A stretch of DNA of 64,000 nucleotides from Octopus vulgaris (lineage: Eukaryota), in NCBI GenBank assembly GCA_951406725.2, contig OX597818.1, positions 35,836,001 to 35,900,000 on the forward strand, read 5' to 3'. Under the pieces are notes generated by a model. The model did not search any database. It was given only the letters and a program-made list of their open reading frames with translations, and was not told the origin of the DNA. A program made the position numbers and the translations under genes. This document shows, in pieces, positions 41,423-55,731 of the stretch. How positions within the stretch are numbered: position 1 is the stretch's first letter; the number at the start of each line of letters is the position of its first letter.

Positions 41423-42030
41423 TTAACCCTTCGTGGGCTGGCGTACTTCCTTGGGACCCCAGCAAATTTTTAAGGCAATACAATTTTTACATGTTTTATT
41501 TAAATGATTTTGTATCTCCTGACTTATTGCCAATTGTTTATGTATGCACATATAAATCTTGAGTTAAGAATTTCCAGTCACATGGATGTTATAGCATAAA
41601 ATATGGCCATCGGGGTCCAACTGAACCCCATTGGCCTCGTGTGAAATTTTTTTTTTGTTCTTTTCTTCAGATATTCTGATGAACTATAAGTCAATTTTTT
41701 TCCGTATTTGTACTAGTATGAAGCGATATACTAAATAATTTTGCTTTAGTGCTATATGTATAGTTTATAAAACTATAAAAAATAATGCTGATTTCTTTCA
41801 ATAAAGGTTTTATTTTTTCAGTCAACAAATTATATTTTAATTCCCCTTCATTACAATATATACCTATAAAGTGCTAAATTTCTTGTTCTGTATCATGCAT
41901 TCACACATATATACAAGATTAAACAAATATTATTTTATGGATAGTGCGAAAATGCGTAAAAATAAAAGAGACTTTGGGACCCCAATGACCTTTTGTGTAA
42001 TTCCAACCCCGCCGGCCCACGAAAGGTTAA
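41423..42030. mobile_element. piggyBac-like non-autonomous element (~600 bp)
   Basis: TTAA-CCCTTCGTGGGCTGGCG ... CGCCGGCCCACGAAAGG-TTAA. Confidence 0.85.
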
Positions 42031-43744
42031 AAACTGTTCAGAAACAGGGAGCAAAGCAGGAATACGGGGTAATTGATTTTATTTAAAAAGAAATAAACAA
42101 ATAAAAATAAAAACAAGACCAGAATCGAAAGTTTAATTTAGTGAGTTCTCCGTTAAAAAAATGCAGAGGCGCAGACATGACTGTGGGGTTAAGAAGCTCG
42201 CTTTAAAAGCACGTGGTTTCAGGATCAATCCCACATTCAGCAAGCCTTTATGAGTGAATAGGTAGATAGAAATGGTGTGGAATCCCTTTGTGTGTGTGTG
42301 TGTTTATAAGCGTGCACATAAATTCTTTCGCAAAATTTCTGCACAGTCAAAACATTTTGATTTACAAGGCCACCAGTTTTGAAGATAATCAAACCAAATT
42401 TTCATTATTTTGAGCCAAATTGCGTAAACATCAGCTGTTCTCCAGTAATTTTGCAAACTCACAGACGAAGACGAGTGATTACTAATGAGTTAGACCGTTC
42501 ATGCCATGTTTGTGTTTGTGTTTTATTAAGTCAAAGGAGATAAAGTGTGTGCTTATGTCTTGTTTTGTATATAGTAAATCACTTGTGTATAGTTAATTGT
42601 GTGCGAATGTATGGCAGTCTGTGGAAGTTGTGGGTTGGTAACTACAGATTTGCATAGAAATATGAATGGCAGATATGCATGTGTGCTAGCGGAGAATGAG
42701 AGTGATTGTTAACCCATTTTTACCGAGGTTAACCCTGTCGAAATTTTGAAGATAGTTATATAAATAGGGATAACAAGCATATGGAAGCGTTCAGTTATCC
42801 TTTATTGCAGTGAATAAACCAAATACAATGGTTAAATAAATACAACAAGTCCTATTTTACGTCCAGTCAACCTTTATCGCAGTAAATTAACCAAATACAA
42901 CTGCCTTCAAACGAGGATAGTGGATTAATATGGGTTAAGTGCACAAACGAGCGTTTATTGATATATGTAGGATATTTAGGCGAAGGTAGTAATGTAGGGC
43001 AATTACCAATTCTGATAAGGTGGGTTGTGTCTAGGTAGAAGGTTACTTCTTGTTTACAGTGATAAAATGGTAGAACTACTCTATGAAATGACAGCACAGA
43101 CCAAAAAGGTGCAGATAGACATGGCGATCCGTAAATTGAAAAGACCAATTACGGTTTCAAGTGATTGAATATTTCATTGGATATGTTAAAAGATGCTCCC
43201 TAAAATGGACCGCCCGTTTCTTCCCGGTTTCTCCAGTAAACAAGTCACAAATTCAGTATTTAATACACGAAAAAACAGTCTAAAATAAATTATTTTTGAG
43301 TCATCTTTTGTTTTTGTTGACTTTCGAATCTTCAACATTTTGGATAGCATTGCCATACCTAGATTACAACAAGATTGAATTTATGTTATTAGACTAAATC
43401 AAAAAGAAGCGACTTTGTTATCTCATCTTATAAAACCTTAAACCCTTTTTCTGTCGTTTCTGTCATTACCTGAAACAATTTTTGCATCCCTTTCTTCTCT
43501 GCCGCCATTACAGATCCTTGCTTTTCTCGACGTTCATTTTTGTTAATACACATTACTGGAGTCACGCAGATTTTTACTGAGAGTTTCCCAAACAACAATC
43601 TTATTCCATGCAGCTTTAGTCTCCATTCCAACACACCAGTTGCTATGTCTGTCTATTGATCCTGTTGACAGATTTTGGAGAAAGCGAAAAACAATTAAAG
43701 TTGAAGCAGTAGAGCGTGAAGTTGTGGGCTTCACTGTAGTAGTG

Positions 43745-45070
43745 CTACTGCTTCAAATTTAATTGCATTCCGTTTTCCAAGAAATGTATCAACAACTCAC
43801 TGACGTAGCGACAGAGACTAGATTTTTTCCCATGCAACACCAGCCTGTTTGTTGGAAAGGTGGAGACACAAATCTTCTTCGAATTCTCCCAAGCGACTCA
43901 GGAATTCTACGGTTCTCGGAAATTCTACTGTACTGCATCACTTTCCTTCCACATAAACTGCTCGAATCTTTCATAACTTTCGTCAACTTCTTCAACATTG
44001 CCTTACATATAATCCACACCATCGCTACTATCTCTGTTTACTTCCCAGATATCACTATTTCTATTTACTACTTCGGCCTCTCCACCTCCATTTTTCACAA
44101 ACTCACTGACTTTCGCTCGTATCTAGAACTCACATCATCCCAATCCACTTATGCCAAATCTAATGTCCTTCGGCTCAACTACCAACTCTTGTTACAGCTT
44201 CAGTACCCTGACGCCCACCCCAGGTGTTCTATTCATACAGCGTTGTTATTTTCAACCAATCATTAATGTCACATGTCATCGCACCCATGCTAGTGACCAC
44301 ACTTTTCTCTGCATTCTGCACTTCTGCTCTACAACCAGCCACCTTCATTTTCCCCTTACATACCATAAAGCCGCCTTACTGTTCCAACGCACTGTCCTAC
44401 AAAACTTTCACCTCTTCTGATTTGACCCTTCTACTTCTCCACATACTACCGGAACGCCTTCTTTCTTCCTTCAAATGTGATTACAGATTCTGTAATCTTC
44501 TACACCATAATTCTATCTTTTTCTTCACTGTATACTCAACTGCTCTTATTTATACTACTATGCTCTCCCCACCCCCATCCAAAACAACACCATCTGCATG
44601 GCCCTAATATATCCTTCCATGTCGCCAATCATGTCACCTGCACCGCTAAGGTTCTTATTTATTGCATTAAATGCTGAAATGGTAGCATGCTGTGTATTAG
44701 AAAATCTGTCGGAAACTGGCAGATTATTTCAGAGGGAATATTTTATATGTCTGACATTAACATCACAAGGTCAGTTTGACATGTGTCTTATCATAGCAGT
44801 TCTTCGGGTTATACTTGCTTACAAAATCTTACACATAAGATCATATTTTCGCATAGAATTACCCTTGACTGAAATACAACATACCTAATTTTCCAGTTCA
44901 GTAACTGACAAAGAACCACTAATCGAAACGTCTAATTCTCTTCCATTTCCTTCTTATAGCGTAAAATTAATTAAACAGTACGCTTCTGTTCTATGTTGTC
45001 TTATTGTTGTTACATGTTTTTGGTCCTGAAAACTTTTGGACCTCATAATCATTTCACTTGGCTGAATTTA
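43745..45070 (+). mobile_element. Penelope-like (Neptune-type) element, decayed RT + GIY-YIG + pLTR
   Basis: YQQLTDVATET, FITFVNFF..ISVYFPDITIS..LSTSIFHKLTDFRSYL, FPLTYH, HVTCTAKVLIYCIKC, ETGR; CTGACAAAG..CGAAACGTC at 44905-44932. Confidence 0.8.
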
Positions 45071-45502
45071 TATATAATTCTTCGAAAACATTAAACAGTG
45101 ACTGAATGCATCTCATTATAAGTATTTTCAAACAATGTTAACTTGTGGTTAAACTACAAAAATGATAACATCACCAAAATTCCTACTTGTTTCAGTCCCT
45201 TACGAAGTTAAGAGTCTTGCAAAAAGTATACTTGTCATCATATCCTATGATTACATTCTTATGATTATAACGGCTTTACACCTTGCGCAAACGAAGCACT
45301 ATTTGTCGCCTGTCGCTGTCTTTTGTCTCCAAATTTCATTTGCAGTGATTTTAAGGAGTCAATGAAATATTGCTTCGTTTAGGAGAGGTATAAAGCCATT
45401 AAAATCATAATAATGTAACCATACGATAAAATAATTATCTGTTAGCTGCAAGGTTAGTGGCAAGGGAAAATACTTGCAGATATCCTCCCACAAATATTTC
45501 AT

Positions 45503-46540
45503 AGGCCCCGAAAGGATGAAAGGCAAAGTCGACCTCGGCAGAATTTTAACTCAAAACGTAAGGACGGACGAAATGCCGCTAAGCATTTTCCCCGGGATGC
45601 TAACGATTCTGCATACTCAGCTCCTTACTAATAATATAATAATCCTTTCTACTATTGGCACAAGGCCTGAAATTTCGGTAGATGTGTAAGTCGATTACAT
45701 CAACTCCAGTGCTCAACTGACACTTATCTTATCGATCCCAAAAGGATGAAAGGCAAAGTCGACCCCGGCAGCATTTAAACTCAGAAGGTATGGACGGACG
45801 AAATACCGCTAAGCTTTTTGCCCGGCGTGCTAACGATTCTACCAGGTCACCGCCTTATTAACTAGTAATATTATTTATGGTGCAAAAATAGTCCAAATAT
45901 TGGTTCCAAATTTTGACACAAAGCCAGCAATTGGGCGGGGTGGAGAGTGCCTCAGTCTATTACATCGACCCCAGTGTTTAAATGGTACTTATTTTACCGA
46001 TCCTTAAATATTAAAAAGCAAAGTCGACTTCGGCGGAACTTGAAAATAACCCATATATTACCATATATGATTATTATGCTATGTTAATACTTAAAACCTT
46101 AGTAAGGTGGCGAGCTGGCAGAAACGTTAGCACGCCGGGCGAAATGCTTAGCAGTATTTCGTCTGCTGCTACGTTCTGAGTTCAAATTCTGCCGAGGTCA
46201 TCTTTGCCTTTCATCCTTTCAGAGTCAATAAATTAAGTACTAGTTGCTAACTGGGGTTGATCTAATCGACTCGCCCCCTCCCCCAAATTTCCAGACCTTG
46301 TGCCTAGAGTAGAAAAGAATATTTCAAACTTTAGTGTTTGCGTCGGATTGCCAGAATTCTTAGAGCATTGGGCAAAAAATAGTGTCTTTACATTCTGAGA
46401 TTAAAATCCATCCATTTCAACTTTGTCTTTCATTAAATTAAAGTAGATGAAATAAGAATACCAGTCAAATATTAGGGACCATTTTAATCGAGTATACCCT
46501 TTCCTGAAAGTTCTGGCTTTGTGCCAATGTTATGAATCAG
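45503..46540. mobile_element. Cluster of ~5 MetaSINE-like copies (three minus, two plus)
   Basis: Repeated GAAAGGCAAAGTCGAC / GCCTTTCATCC domains. Confidence 0.85.
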
Positions 46541-46881
46541 TATTTAGTCATTGCCTTTAGGAAATCGTTTTACAGATCCAATATTTCAATAGTGCTGTAA
46601 GGAAACCATTGTATTCCAATATAATATCAGGTGATCTCCGCTGAGTTAGATTGTAGGTTTAGATTAAACAATGCAGTCAGGCGAGAACTTTATGTTTATA
46701 AGGCAAACCAAAACAAATTCGGTATCCTTGTCTAAAGCAAAACAAAATCATGAAGCATAAAAAGTGCATCGTATATAACTGATTTTGTTGTTGTTGTTGT
46801 TGCGGGGTTGTTTTTCTTGTTGTTTTTAATTTTGAAACTAACTCAGGCTAGATACTAACTTTTCTCCAAATTGCACAACTA

Positions 46882-47968
<1,087 letters not shown>

Positions 47969-48483
47969 TTTATATACATTTTCATTATTGCTATTGTAAA
48001 GCTTATACATATTTCATCATACGAAGACAACGTTTGCGGAAAACGAAATGGCTGCCATTCCCCTCTTAACGAGGAATTGAGGTTGGGAATTGATCAGTTC
48101 TCAACAGAATCAACACGCAAGATACCCTGATTTCAAATTTAATACAAGGGCAGCATTTTCGAGAGAGGGTAGGCCGATAACATTGACCCCAGTGCTAAAC
48201 TGGTACTTATTTTATCGACGCCGAAAGGTTTGAAAGGTAAAATCTACCCAGTGGGTATAAATTTGGCCTTTCACACACAGAAAGTATCGAATTTATAATT
48301 TATTTGGAACATAAATCTATTTTTGGAAAATAAAAATTTATTATACTTACAGCTACAGCGTAGGCGGTTTATCGCAGAGTTGGTAGAAATGCAGACGTTC
48401 AAAATAACATCTAGCACCATGAAGAATATTTTATGCATATGTATGTCAGTGTGCGTGTGTATGTGTGTGAGTATGTATTCATA

Positions 48484-48580
48484 TACATACATACATACAT
48501 ACATACATACATACATACATACATACATACATACATACATACATACATACATACATACATGCATGCATACATACATACAT
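48484..48580. repeat. (CATA)n microsatellite
   Basis: Direct observation. Confidence 0.95.
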
Positions 48581-48590
48581 ACACACACAT

Positions 48591-48789
48591 ATTTGTGCAT
48601 TAAGGCTACAACTGGTTTCATGTTAAGTAAAATATCTTAATACCTTAATTTTTCAAGACGATCACAGGAATGGTGTTCGTTTCCATCTTAGATGAAAACA
48701 CCATTTTTCCATGTAATCGGGTTGAAAAATTGTTACGATATTAAGTTAAATTCTTAGCATGAAACCAATGGTAGCCTTAATACAAAAAT
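48591..48789. repeat. ~200-bp imperfect palindrome
   Basis: ATTAAGGCTACAACTGGTTTCATGTTAAG ... CTTAGCATGAAACCAATGGTAGCCTTAAT; centre CATC-TTA-GATG. Confidence 0.85.
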
Positions 48790-49294
48790 AAAGAAATTCT
48801 ATCCACCAATGTGATGTTGGGGACTCATTCTCGTCGTCCGACATTTACGTGTATGTATATATATATAAAATACTGATCTGGGCTCCTGCTACGTCCGCTA
48901 GGACGTACTCCATTTCAACCTTTACGCACCTCCACTATGTATGATAGCTACAAATCTCTTTCTGTTGTATTTCTGGTATACTTATAATTATTAGTTTTTT
49001 TCTTCTGTTGTATATAGTCGTAAGGCTTCGTGCTGTTATATATGTCTGTTGTACATATATAATGTCTTGTTTGTTTCTGTCTTAGTATACATTCACTAGC
49101 TTTTTCCCAGTAGCTTAATAACAACACTGGCGCCTCCAAAATTGAGTGCTCTCAATGATAATGGCACAAAACCACTATGATATTTTGGGTCATTGACTGA
49201 CGATGAAAACTCAACCTCGAATATTCCGTGTATCGTGTCTTTGTCTAAATTTCGTCTAACTTTTCCTCCTTGTGTTCTTTCTGTTCATCCCATG

Positions 49295-49369
<75 letters not shown>

Positions 49370-49439
49370 GAAAAAATATATCCCCACATGAACCCAGCGT
49401 CTTAATAAATTAGTGTTCACGTTATTTGATTATTTGAAA

Positions 49440-49930
49440 ACACGGTTCTCATTTTAGTTATTTCGTTGTTCACCATCAGAAAGTTAACATCACTCCCTGA
49501 TAAGATCCGGACAGGTCCCGGGTAATTCCGATCTTTCTGTATGATTGTAAGAGCTGGACTCTTACAACTGACATGGAGTAAAGATTTCAGGCGTTTGAGC
49601 ATTGCTTCAGCAGGCTGCTACACTTCCCATACACAAGTCACAAAATGACAGGTTTTTCAGGCAGCAAGTAACAGATATGCTGGAAGACGGGCGCCACTAC
49701 TTGCGCAGGTGAAAAGACGGAAGCTTGCCTTTTATGGTCACGTATCCCGCCACAGCTCCCTGTCAAAAACCTTTCTTTTGTTTACAGAAGAGAGAAGGTG
49801 AAAGAGAAACAGACTTAGAAAATCCTGATCTGACATCAAGGACTGGAAAGATAACAATACGAACCTAATACGTATGACAGAGAATAGAGAGTAGTGCAAA
49901 AGCGTCCGGAGTGGCACCCCAGCGACTGGC
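49440..49930 (+). mobile_element. RTE-clade LINE 3' fragment
   Basis: IFLYDCKSWTL..RFQAFEHC..VKRRKLAFYGHVSR. Confidence 0.8.
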
Positions 49931-49933
49931 GCA

Positions 49934-50150
49934 TCTATTTCTTTACTACCCACAAGGGGCTAAACACAGAGAGGACAAACGACGACAGACAAACGGATTA
50001 AGTCGATTATATCGATCCCAGTGTGTAACTGGTACTTATTTAATCGACCCCGAAACGATGAAAGGTAAAGTCGACCTCGGCGGAATTTGAACTCAGAACG
50101 TAGCGGCAGGCGAAATACCGCCAAGCATTTCGCCCGGCGTGCTAATGATA
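49934..50150 (-). mobile_element. MetaSINE-like SINE
   Basis: Near-full match to the 2730 copy. Confidence 0.88.
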
Positions 50151-50379
50151 TTGCCACACTAACACAAACAGACAGATACACACACACACACACACACACA
50201 CACATACGCAGATACATACCACGTGTAGATATTTTTTACACAAATCATCCTGTGATGTACATCATCAACGATGTTTCCTCAGGTTCATTGGGTTTTTCGA
50301 GTCTTTCAACAATCAGACACCCTCACCCTGACGACCAAGTCAGGTTTGTTTAAGTCCCAGCGCAACCCATTTCAGGACT

Positions 50380-50815
50380 CACATTATTTGATTACTAACC
50401 AACTTGAGAATACATCTGCTGTCTTCATACCCAACATGTTGTAGGCCCTGTGCCTTAGACGAGATTTTCCACTTCCACCATATACTGACTTCAGTACCAT
50501 CATGAGAGATTTTGGTCGCATGTGACTCAGTATTCAAACTCAGCGCCAGTACGGTCACCACAAATTCTCCCGATTTGCTGATGGAGAGATTTCAAATATT
50601 CTATCCATATAAAGCAATACTATTTAAGCACCGAGAATGTCATATCCACTCTTATAGGAAATTGTTAATTCACCACCCAATGGCATCAACTTTGGATATT
50701 GGGACCTCATGTACCAAGTGTGGCCAAAGAATCTACGGGAGCCTCTCAGATAAATCCGATCATTAAATTTGCCAGGATTTTCAACTGCAAACGTCCAGGC
50801 TTCCATTTCGTAATT
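50380..50815 (-). mobile_element. Decayed RTE-like LINE 3' fragment
   Basis: YEMEAWT..RRFFGHTWYMR resembles YGCEAWT..RRILG..W. Confidence 0.4.
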
Positions 50816-50899
50816 GGTTTAGCGGATGGCGGTTCTGTCACCTAGAACCTCCACACCACAAAAAGCTGAAGGCCATGTGCTTATAGTAGAAAGGACTAT

Positions 50900-51180
50900 T
50901 ACGCTAGTGCATGTTAGTTTAGAAGTTCAGACAAATCTCCTCAATTCTTAAGAATCGCTTTTAGGATTCTTCCATGATATAGGATGGTACTTTTCTGGAG
51001 GTCGACAAATCGAGTTTCAATTCCAGTTTCTTTTAGGTAGTATTTTGGGTGTTGCACCAAGTTCATTAATTACTACTGGAATAATTATTACCTTGGTCTA
51101 CCCCAAACCCCTCAGCTGTCTAGCTAGATCCTGATATTTCTCCATTTTTTAAAATTTCTCTAGTATCAACTCTGCTTTTA
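50900..51180 (-). mobile_element. R4/Dong-type REL endonuclease 3' fragment (family 3)
   Basis: KMEKYQDLARQLRGL..VIIIPVVINELGATPK..LQKSTILYHGRILKAIL. Confidence 0.75.
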
Positions 51181-51183
51181 TTA

Positions 51184-51350
51184 GGGCGGTGAGCTGACAG
51201 AACCGTTAGCACGCCGGGTGATAATGCTGCGCGGCATTTCGCCCGTCCTTACGTTGTGAGTTCAAATTTCACCGTGGTCGACTTTGCCTTTCATCGTTCC
51301 GGGATCGATAAGATAAGTGCCAGTTAAGCAATAGGTTGATGTAATCGACT
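51184..51350 (+). mobile_element. MetaSINE-like SINE
   Basis: GGCGGTGAGCTGACAGAACCGTTAGC head + Meta domain. Confidence 0.8.
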
Positions 51351-51682
51351 AGCTTGCTCACTAATTCTTCTCGCTTCAGGAAATGTGTGATGGCTCGGGT
51401 ACAACATGGCATTTACACAGGCCTATATACACGCACACACACAATCACGCAGGCAAAAAACACAACCTCTACGTTAAATTGGCGATATATATATATATAC
51501 AGAGAGACAGAGAGAGAGGGAGGGACAGAGAGAGAGGGTGTGACAAAGAGAGAGAAAGAGAGCGACAGAGAAAGGCAGAGAGATTAATGTTTGTTTTTAT
51601 GTTGTTATAATAGAAAAAATTTTAATATTAATCCAATGGGTACTCTCTACTTTTGTGGAGTAAAAATTCATTATTCTTAAAC

Positions 51683-51770
<88 letters not shown>
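51683..51770. repeat. (GATA)n microsatellite
   Basis: Direct observation. Confidence 0.95.
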
Positions 51771-52213
51771 TCAGGTGACAAGGGGCATTACACATTTGGC
51801 TTAAGAAATATATAAGAAGGCAGAATTTTTAAAGGGCAATAACTCAATCTTAAGCAGAATAGAGTTATTTCCCGTACAGCAGATTCATTCATTTCAACCT
51901 AATTTTCATTTATTCACTTCGCTCCTTTTCATTTTGTTCCCTTTTCATTTCGTTCCTTTTGCAATTCCTTTAAATTTTCCGAAGTTACATGATTCTTATC
52001 AAATAAATAAATCATTCTACATAAACTATTATTGTATCACAGTTAAAGAGTCTGAACAGTTAAATACGCTAGTGTAATAACATAAATTAGGCTATCTATT
52101 TAGACTGTAGATTTACGTTGGACACACACTGAGAAAAGAGTACAAGATAATATGTGGTGTAAACTATAGAAGAGTTCGATATTGTAGTTCTTTCCATATA
52201 TGAAAGATTGTAA

Positions 52214-52706
52214 TACCGTACCGCATTTTTTCCCAAAATAAATTTTGACGGGCGTATTATACATGAGGTTAAAAATGAAAATTATTTTCTAAGCAATGTC
52301 CTAGTCTCTATTTGCTGTCTAGCTATGTTTATTCAGACGCATTTTGTGATGTAGGGCGCGAAAATACCTTAAGCTAAGCCTGAAAGCAATGAAGTCATAA
52401 AAGAATCATCCATAACTTGCAGAAAGCAACCTTTATTAAATGTTATTACTGTTATTTCTTTATTTTCTGCAAACAAAATGCACAAAAAAGCTACACGTTT
52501 GCATTATGTTATATGTACAATAATAATAACAAAGGACGTTACCGTATACATTTTTACAAACCAAGGACGTTAGATAGACCTCTTTGACTCAAGTTAAAGA
52601 AGGGGTGCGTATTATGCACAAGGTTTAGGTTTTTCAGAGGTACAGCCACCTAAAAATCCCCTGCGTATTATACTCAAGGGCAGACTATACTCGAAGATTT
52701 ACGGTA
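52214..52706. mobile_element. Tc2/Kanga-like non-autonomous DNA element
   Basis: TACCGTA...TACGGTA ends, right TIR GACTATACTCGAAGATTTACGGTA, three internal GCGTATTAT repeats; left TIR partly deleted. Confidence 0.7.
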
Positions 52707-52924
52707 ATGATGATCAGAAACTATAATTATGCATCGTATGAGCATAGGTTGATGTTGATGTGCAGTTTGCTTAACCTGGATTAACTAGATCTACGATATA
52801 CATGGTTCCATTCATGACCATCTCACTATTTTATTTATAGCGGTTTACATTGCCCAGCTTTTTTTTTTTCTTGAAGACTACTCAGTAGGATTTAGAGAAG
52901 ATTCTACTGCCTTAAAGATATCTA

Positions 52925-53121
52925 TACTCTTTGACTCTTTTACTCTTTTACTTGTTTTAGTCATTTGACTGGCCATGCTTTTAGTCGAGCAAATCGACCC
53001 CAGGACTTATCGGTCTCTTTTGCCAAACCGCTAAGTTACGGGGACGTAAACATACCAGCATCGGTTGTCAAGCGATGTTGGGGGGACAAACACACACACA
53101 CAAACATATACACACATACAT

Positions 53122-53156
<35 letters not shown>

Positions 53157-53330
53157 CATATATACGACGGGCTTCTTTCAGTTTCCGTCCACCAAATCAA
53201 CTCACAAGGCTTTGGACTGCCCGAGGCTATAGTAGAAGACACTTGCCCAAGGTGCCACGCAGTGGGACTGAACCCGGAACCATGTGGTTGGTAAGCAAGC
53301 TACTTACCACACAGCCACTCCTACGCCTAT
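52925..53330 (-). mobile_element. SINE family A
   Basis: Near-complete copy. Confidence 0.9.
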
Positions 53331-53555
53331 ATTAATGTTTGTTTTGAAGTCGAGTTGTAATAAAGACACTTTTACATTAAACAGGAGTATTCTTCAATGC
53401 TTGCTATAGTGTACATATTTATTATGCTGTAATAAGATAGCAACTTCGACGTTTCAGTCTGCTGGTCATCATTGGACGATACACACTCACACATGTATAT
53501 ATAGTTCCATTGGTTGCATCAATGTTCCTTTCATTGACTCGTGTAACTTCGCTTA

Positions 53556-53945
53556 GTGGAGGCGCAATGGCCCAGTGGTTAGGGCAGCGGACTCGCGGTC
53601 ATAGGATCGCTGTTTCGATTCCCAGACCGGGCGTCGTGTGTGTTTATTGAGCGAAAACACCTAAAGCTCCACGAGGCTCCGGCAGGGGATGGTGGTGATC
53701 CCTGCTGTACTCTTTCACCACAACTTTCTCTCACTCTTACTTCCTGTTTCTGTTGTACCTGTATTTCAAGGGGCCGGCCTTGTAACTCTCTCTGTGTCAC
53801 GCTGAATAGCCCCGAGAACTACGTTAAGGGTACACGTGTCTGTGGAGTGCTCAGCCACTTACACGTTAATTTCACGAGCAGGCTGTTCCGTTGATTCGGA
53901 TCAACCGGAACCCTCATCGTCGTAACCGACGGAGTGCTTCCATTA
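53556..53945 (+). mobile_element. Young tRNA-derived SINE (head 1 + tail X; octopus OR-like) with 13-bp TSD
   Basis: A box TGGCCCAGTGG, B box GTTTCGATTCC; TSD GTAACTTCGCTTA at 53543-53555 and 53946-53958. Confidence 0.93.
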
Positions 53946-54764
53946 GTAACTTCGCTTACATTCCAAGATGATTAAACAAAAAGATTGACTAAGAAAACAA
54001 ATAAAAGTTGTGTTTTTGCGCAGTTACGAATATTTGAAGAGCTGTCTGCTTACATGTTTACAGTTGGCAATTATTTTCATGTTTGAATATAAACTTTCTT
54101 TCCGTATATGGAGCATCTAATAAAATTATATTGCTCGAAACAGAATAATAATCTAATTCTACACTTTGTCACATTAAAGAATATAAACACGTTTTTTAAG
54201 CACAACACAAGCGGAGTTAAAAAGAAACACTTACTTTCACCGGAACACCGGATCGGAACCGTCGTTCACGCAGTGCTCTCTCTCTCTCTCCTTAGTGTGA
54301 AGCTTCCTATCTCAGACATGTGACTATGCGCACAGCAGCCAAACACCGCGTCGCTAGAACTGTGAAGTGCACAGTTCTATACAAGGATTTTTGTATTTTC
54401 TTCATAAACTAGGGGATGGCTACTGACATTAAGCTTAAGGATTATATAATGTACAAGTATAAAGAAAGAATTAAAGAAAAAAGGACTCATTATAATAAAT
54501 TTCATCGATAACATAGAGTGGAAATGCTATAGTTCTGCAGTGCTTATACACCAGCCGCCACTGGTAGGGGTCGACTTTGCATTTCATCCTTTCGGAGTCG
54601 ATAAAATAAGAAGCAGTTGAACATCGGGGGCGACTAAATCGACTTAGTCCCTCCCCTTGTGCCAAACTTTGAAGCCAATATATATTCCATAACTTCACTG
54701 TCCACTTTACACAACCTCCATTTTATATACAAAACTGTTTACGTACTGTTACTCCTGTGTTTTA

Positions 54765-55332
54765 TATTGGGCTGTCCGGAAAGTTCGTGCCGATTTATAA
54801 TAGCTTACATTTCGACTTATTTTAGAACATGTTTGAGTCCATAAAATAGTATTTGACTACACCTCCATTTAGAGCACAGTTTAAGCTATCTTTTCGTGGA
54901 AGAAGGTTTATGTTCCTATAACCTGTGTTAATTCTGCAACTCTTTTAAATGCAAGATAAGAAAGTTCATTTTCAGCACTTGATGTTTTTCTTTTTCCGTA
55001 AAGGAAAAAATGCCTCACAAGCAACTAAAGAAATATGTGCAGTTTACGATGATGTTTCTCTATCCGAAAGAAATGTACTGAAGTGGTTCGCAAGGTTCCG
55101 AGCTGGAGATTGTAGCCTTATTGATAAAGAGCGATCAGGCAGACCATCCACTACAGATGATGATCAAATCAAGTCATTAATTGAGAATAACCCACATTGC
55201 ACGACCCGAGAATTGGCAGAAAGCCTCAACCTATCAAAATTCGTTGTTCATGAGCACCTTGTAAAGCTTGGGTATTTATTGACCTTTTTCTTTCCTTTAA
55301 AAATCAGCACGAACTTTCCGGAGACCTATTTA
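54765..55332 (+). mobile_element. Internally deleted mariner (mellifera/cecropia-like)
   Basis: TIRs TATTGGGCTGTCCGGAAAGTTCGTGCCGATTT / AAATCAGCACGAACTTTCCGGAGACCTATTTA. Confidence 0.9.
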
Positions 55333-55389
55333 GAATTTTCTTCAGGTAACCGTTCCCGCCCAAAAGGTACCTGGAAAAGACTTGTTTAA
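54949..55389 (+). pseudogene. Truncated mariner transposase: open N-terminal bipartite HTH DNA-binding domain only
   Basis: MQDKKVHFQHLM..FRKGKNASQATKEICAVY..WFARFRAGDCSLIDKERSGRP..TTRELAESL..HLVKLGY; no DD34D domain. Confidence 0.8.
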
Positions 55390-55678
55390 GGATGATGACA
55401 GTAACAGAAATGTTTCCAAAGGTGTATTATTCAAACCCTAAAGAATTTCTCTCAACACGCGGCTATGATGCTCCCACACTATTTCTGTGCGTGATCAGAG
55501 ATGCACATATCGTCGGCCGCCAAGAGACATGCTCAACTGGTTATGGTCAAACAACTGACAAGCAAATCTGTGATATTGAGCAGAATATTAGCTGTAGCCC
55601 ATCTTTTATATCAAAACAAAACATGTACATGATACACTTCCAATCAATTAAGGTCGGAAGCCGTGAGAGCTTCTGATC
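55333..55678 (-). mobile_element. Family F element, partial (subfamily b)
   Basis: Homologous to 55915-56245; ends at (TTA)n. Confidence 0.8.

Positions 55679-55730
<52 letters not shown>

Positions 55731-55731
<1 letters not shown>

Noticed and set aside
53556-53635. tRNA gene
   Set aside because: tRNA-like head of a TSD-flanked SINE; no complete cloverleaf or terminator
54355-54379. TAGAACTGTG/CACAGTTCTA hairpin as Helitron end or terminator
   Set aside because: No downstream CTRR or other support
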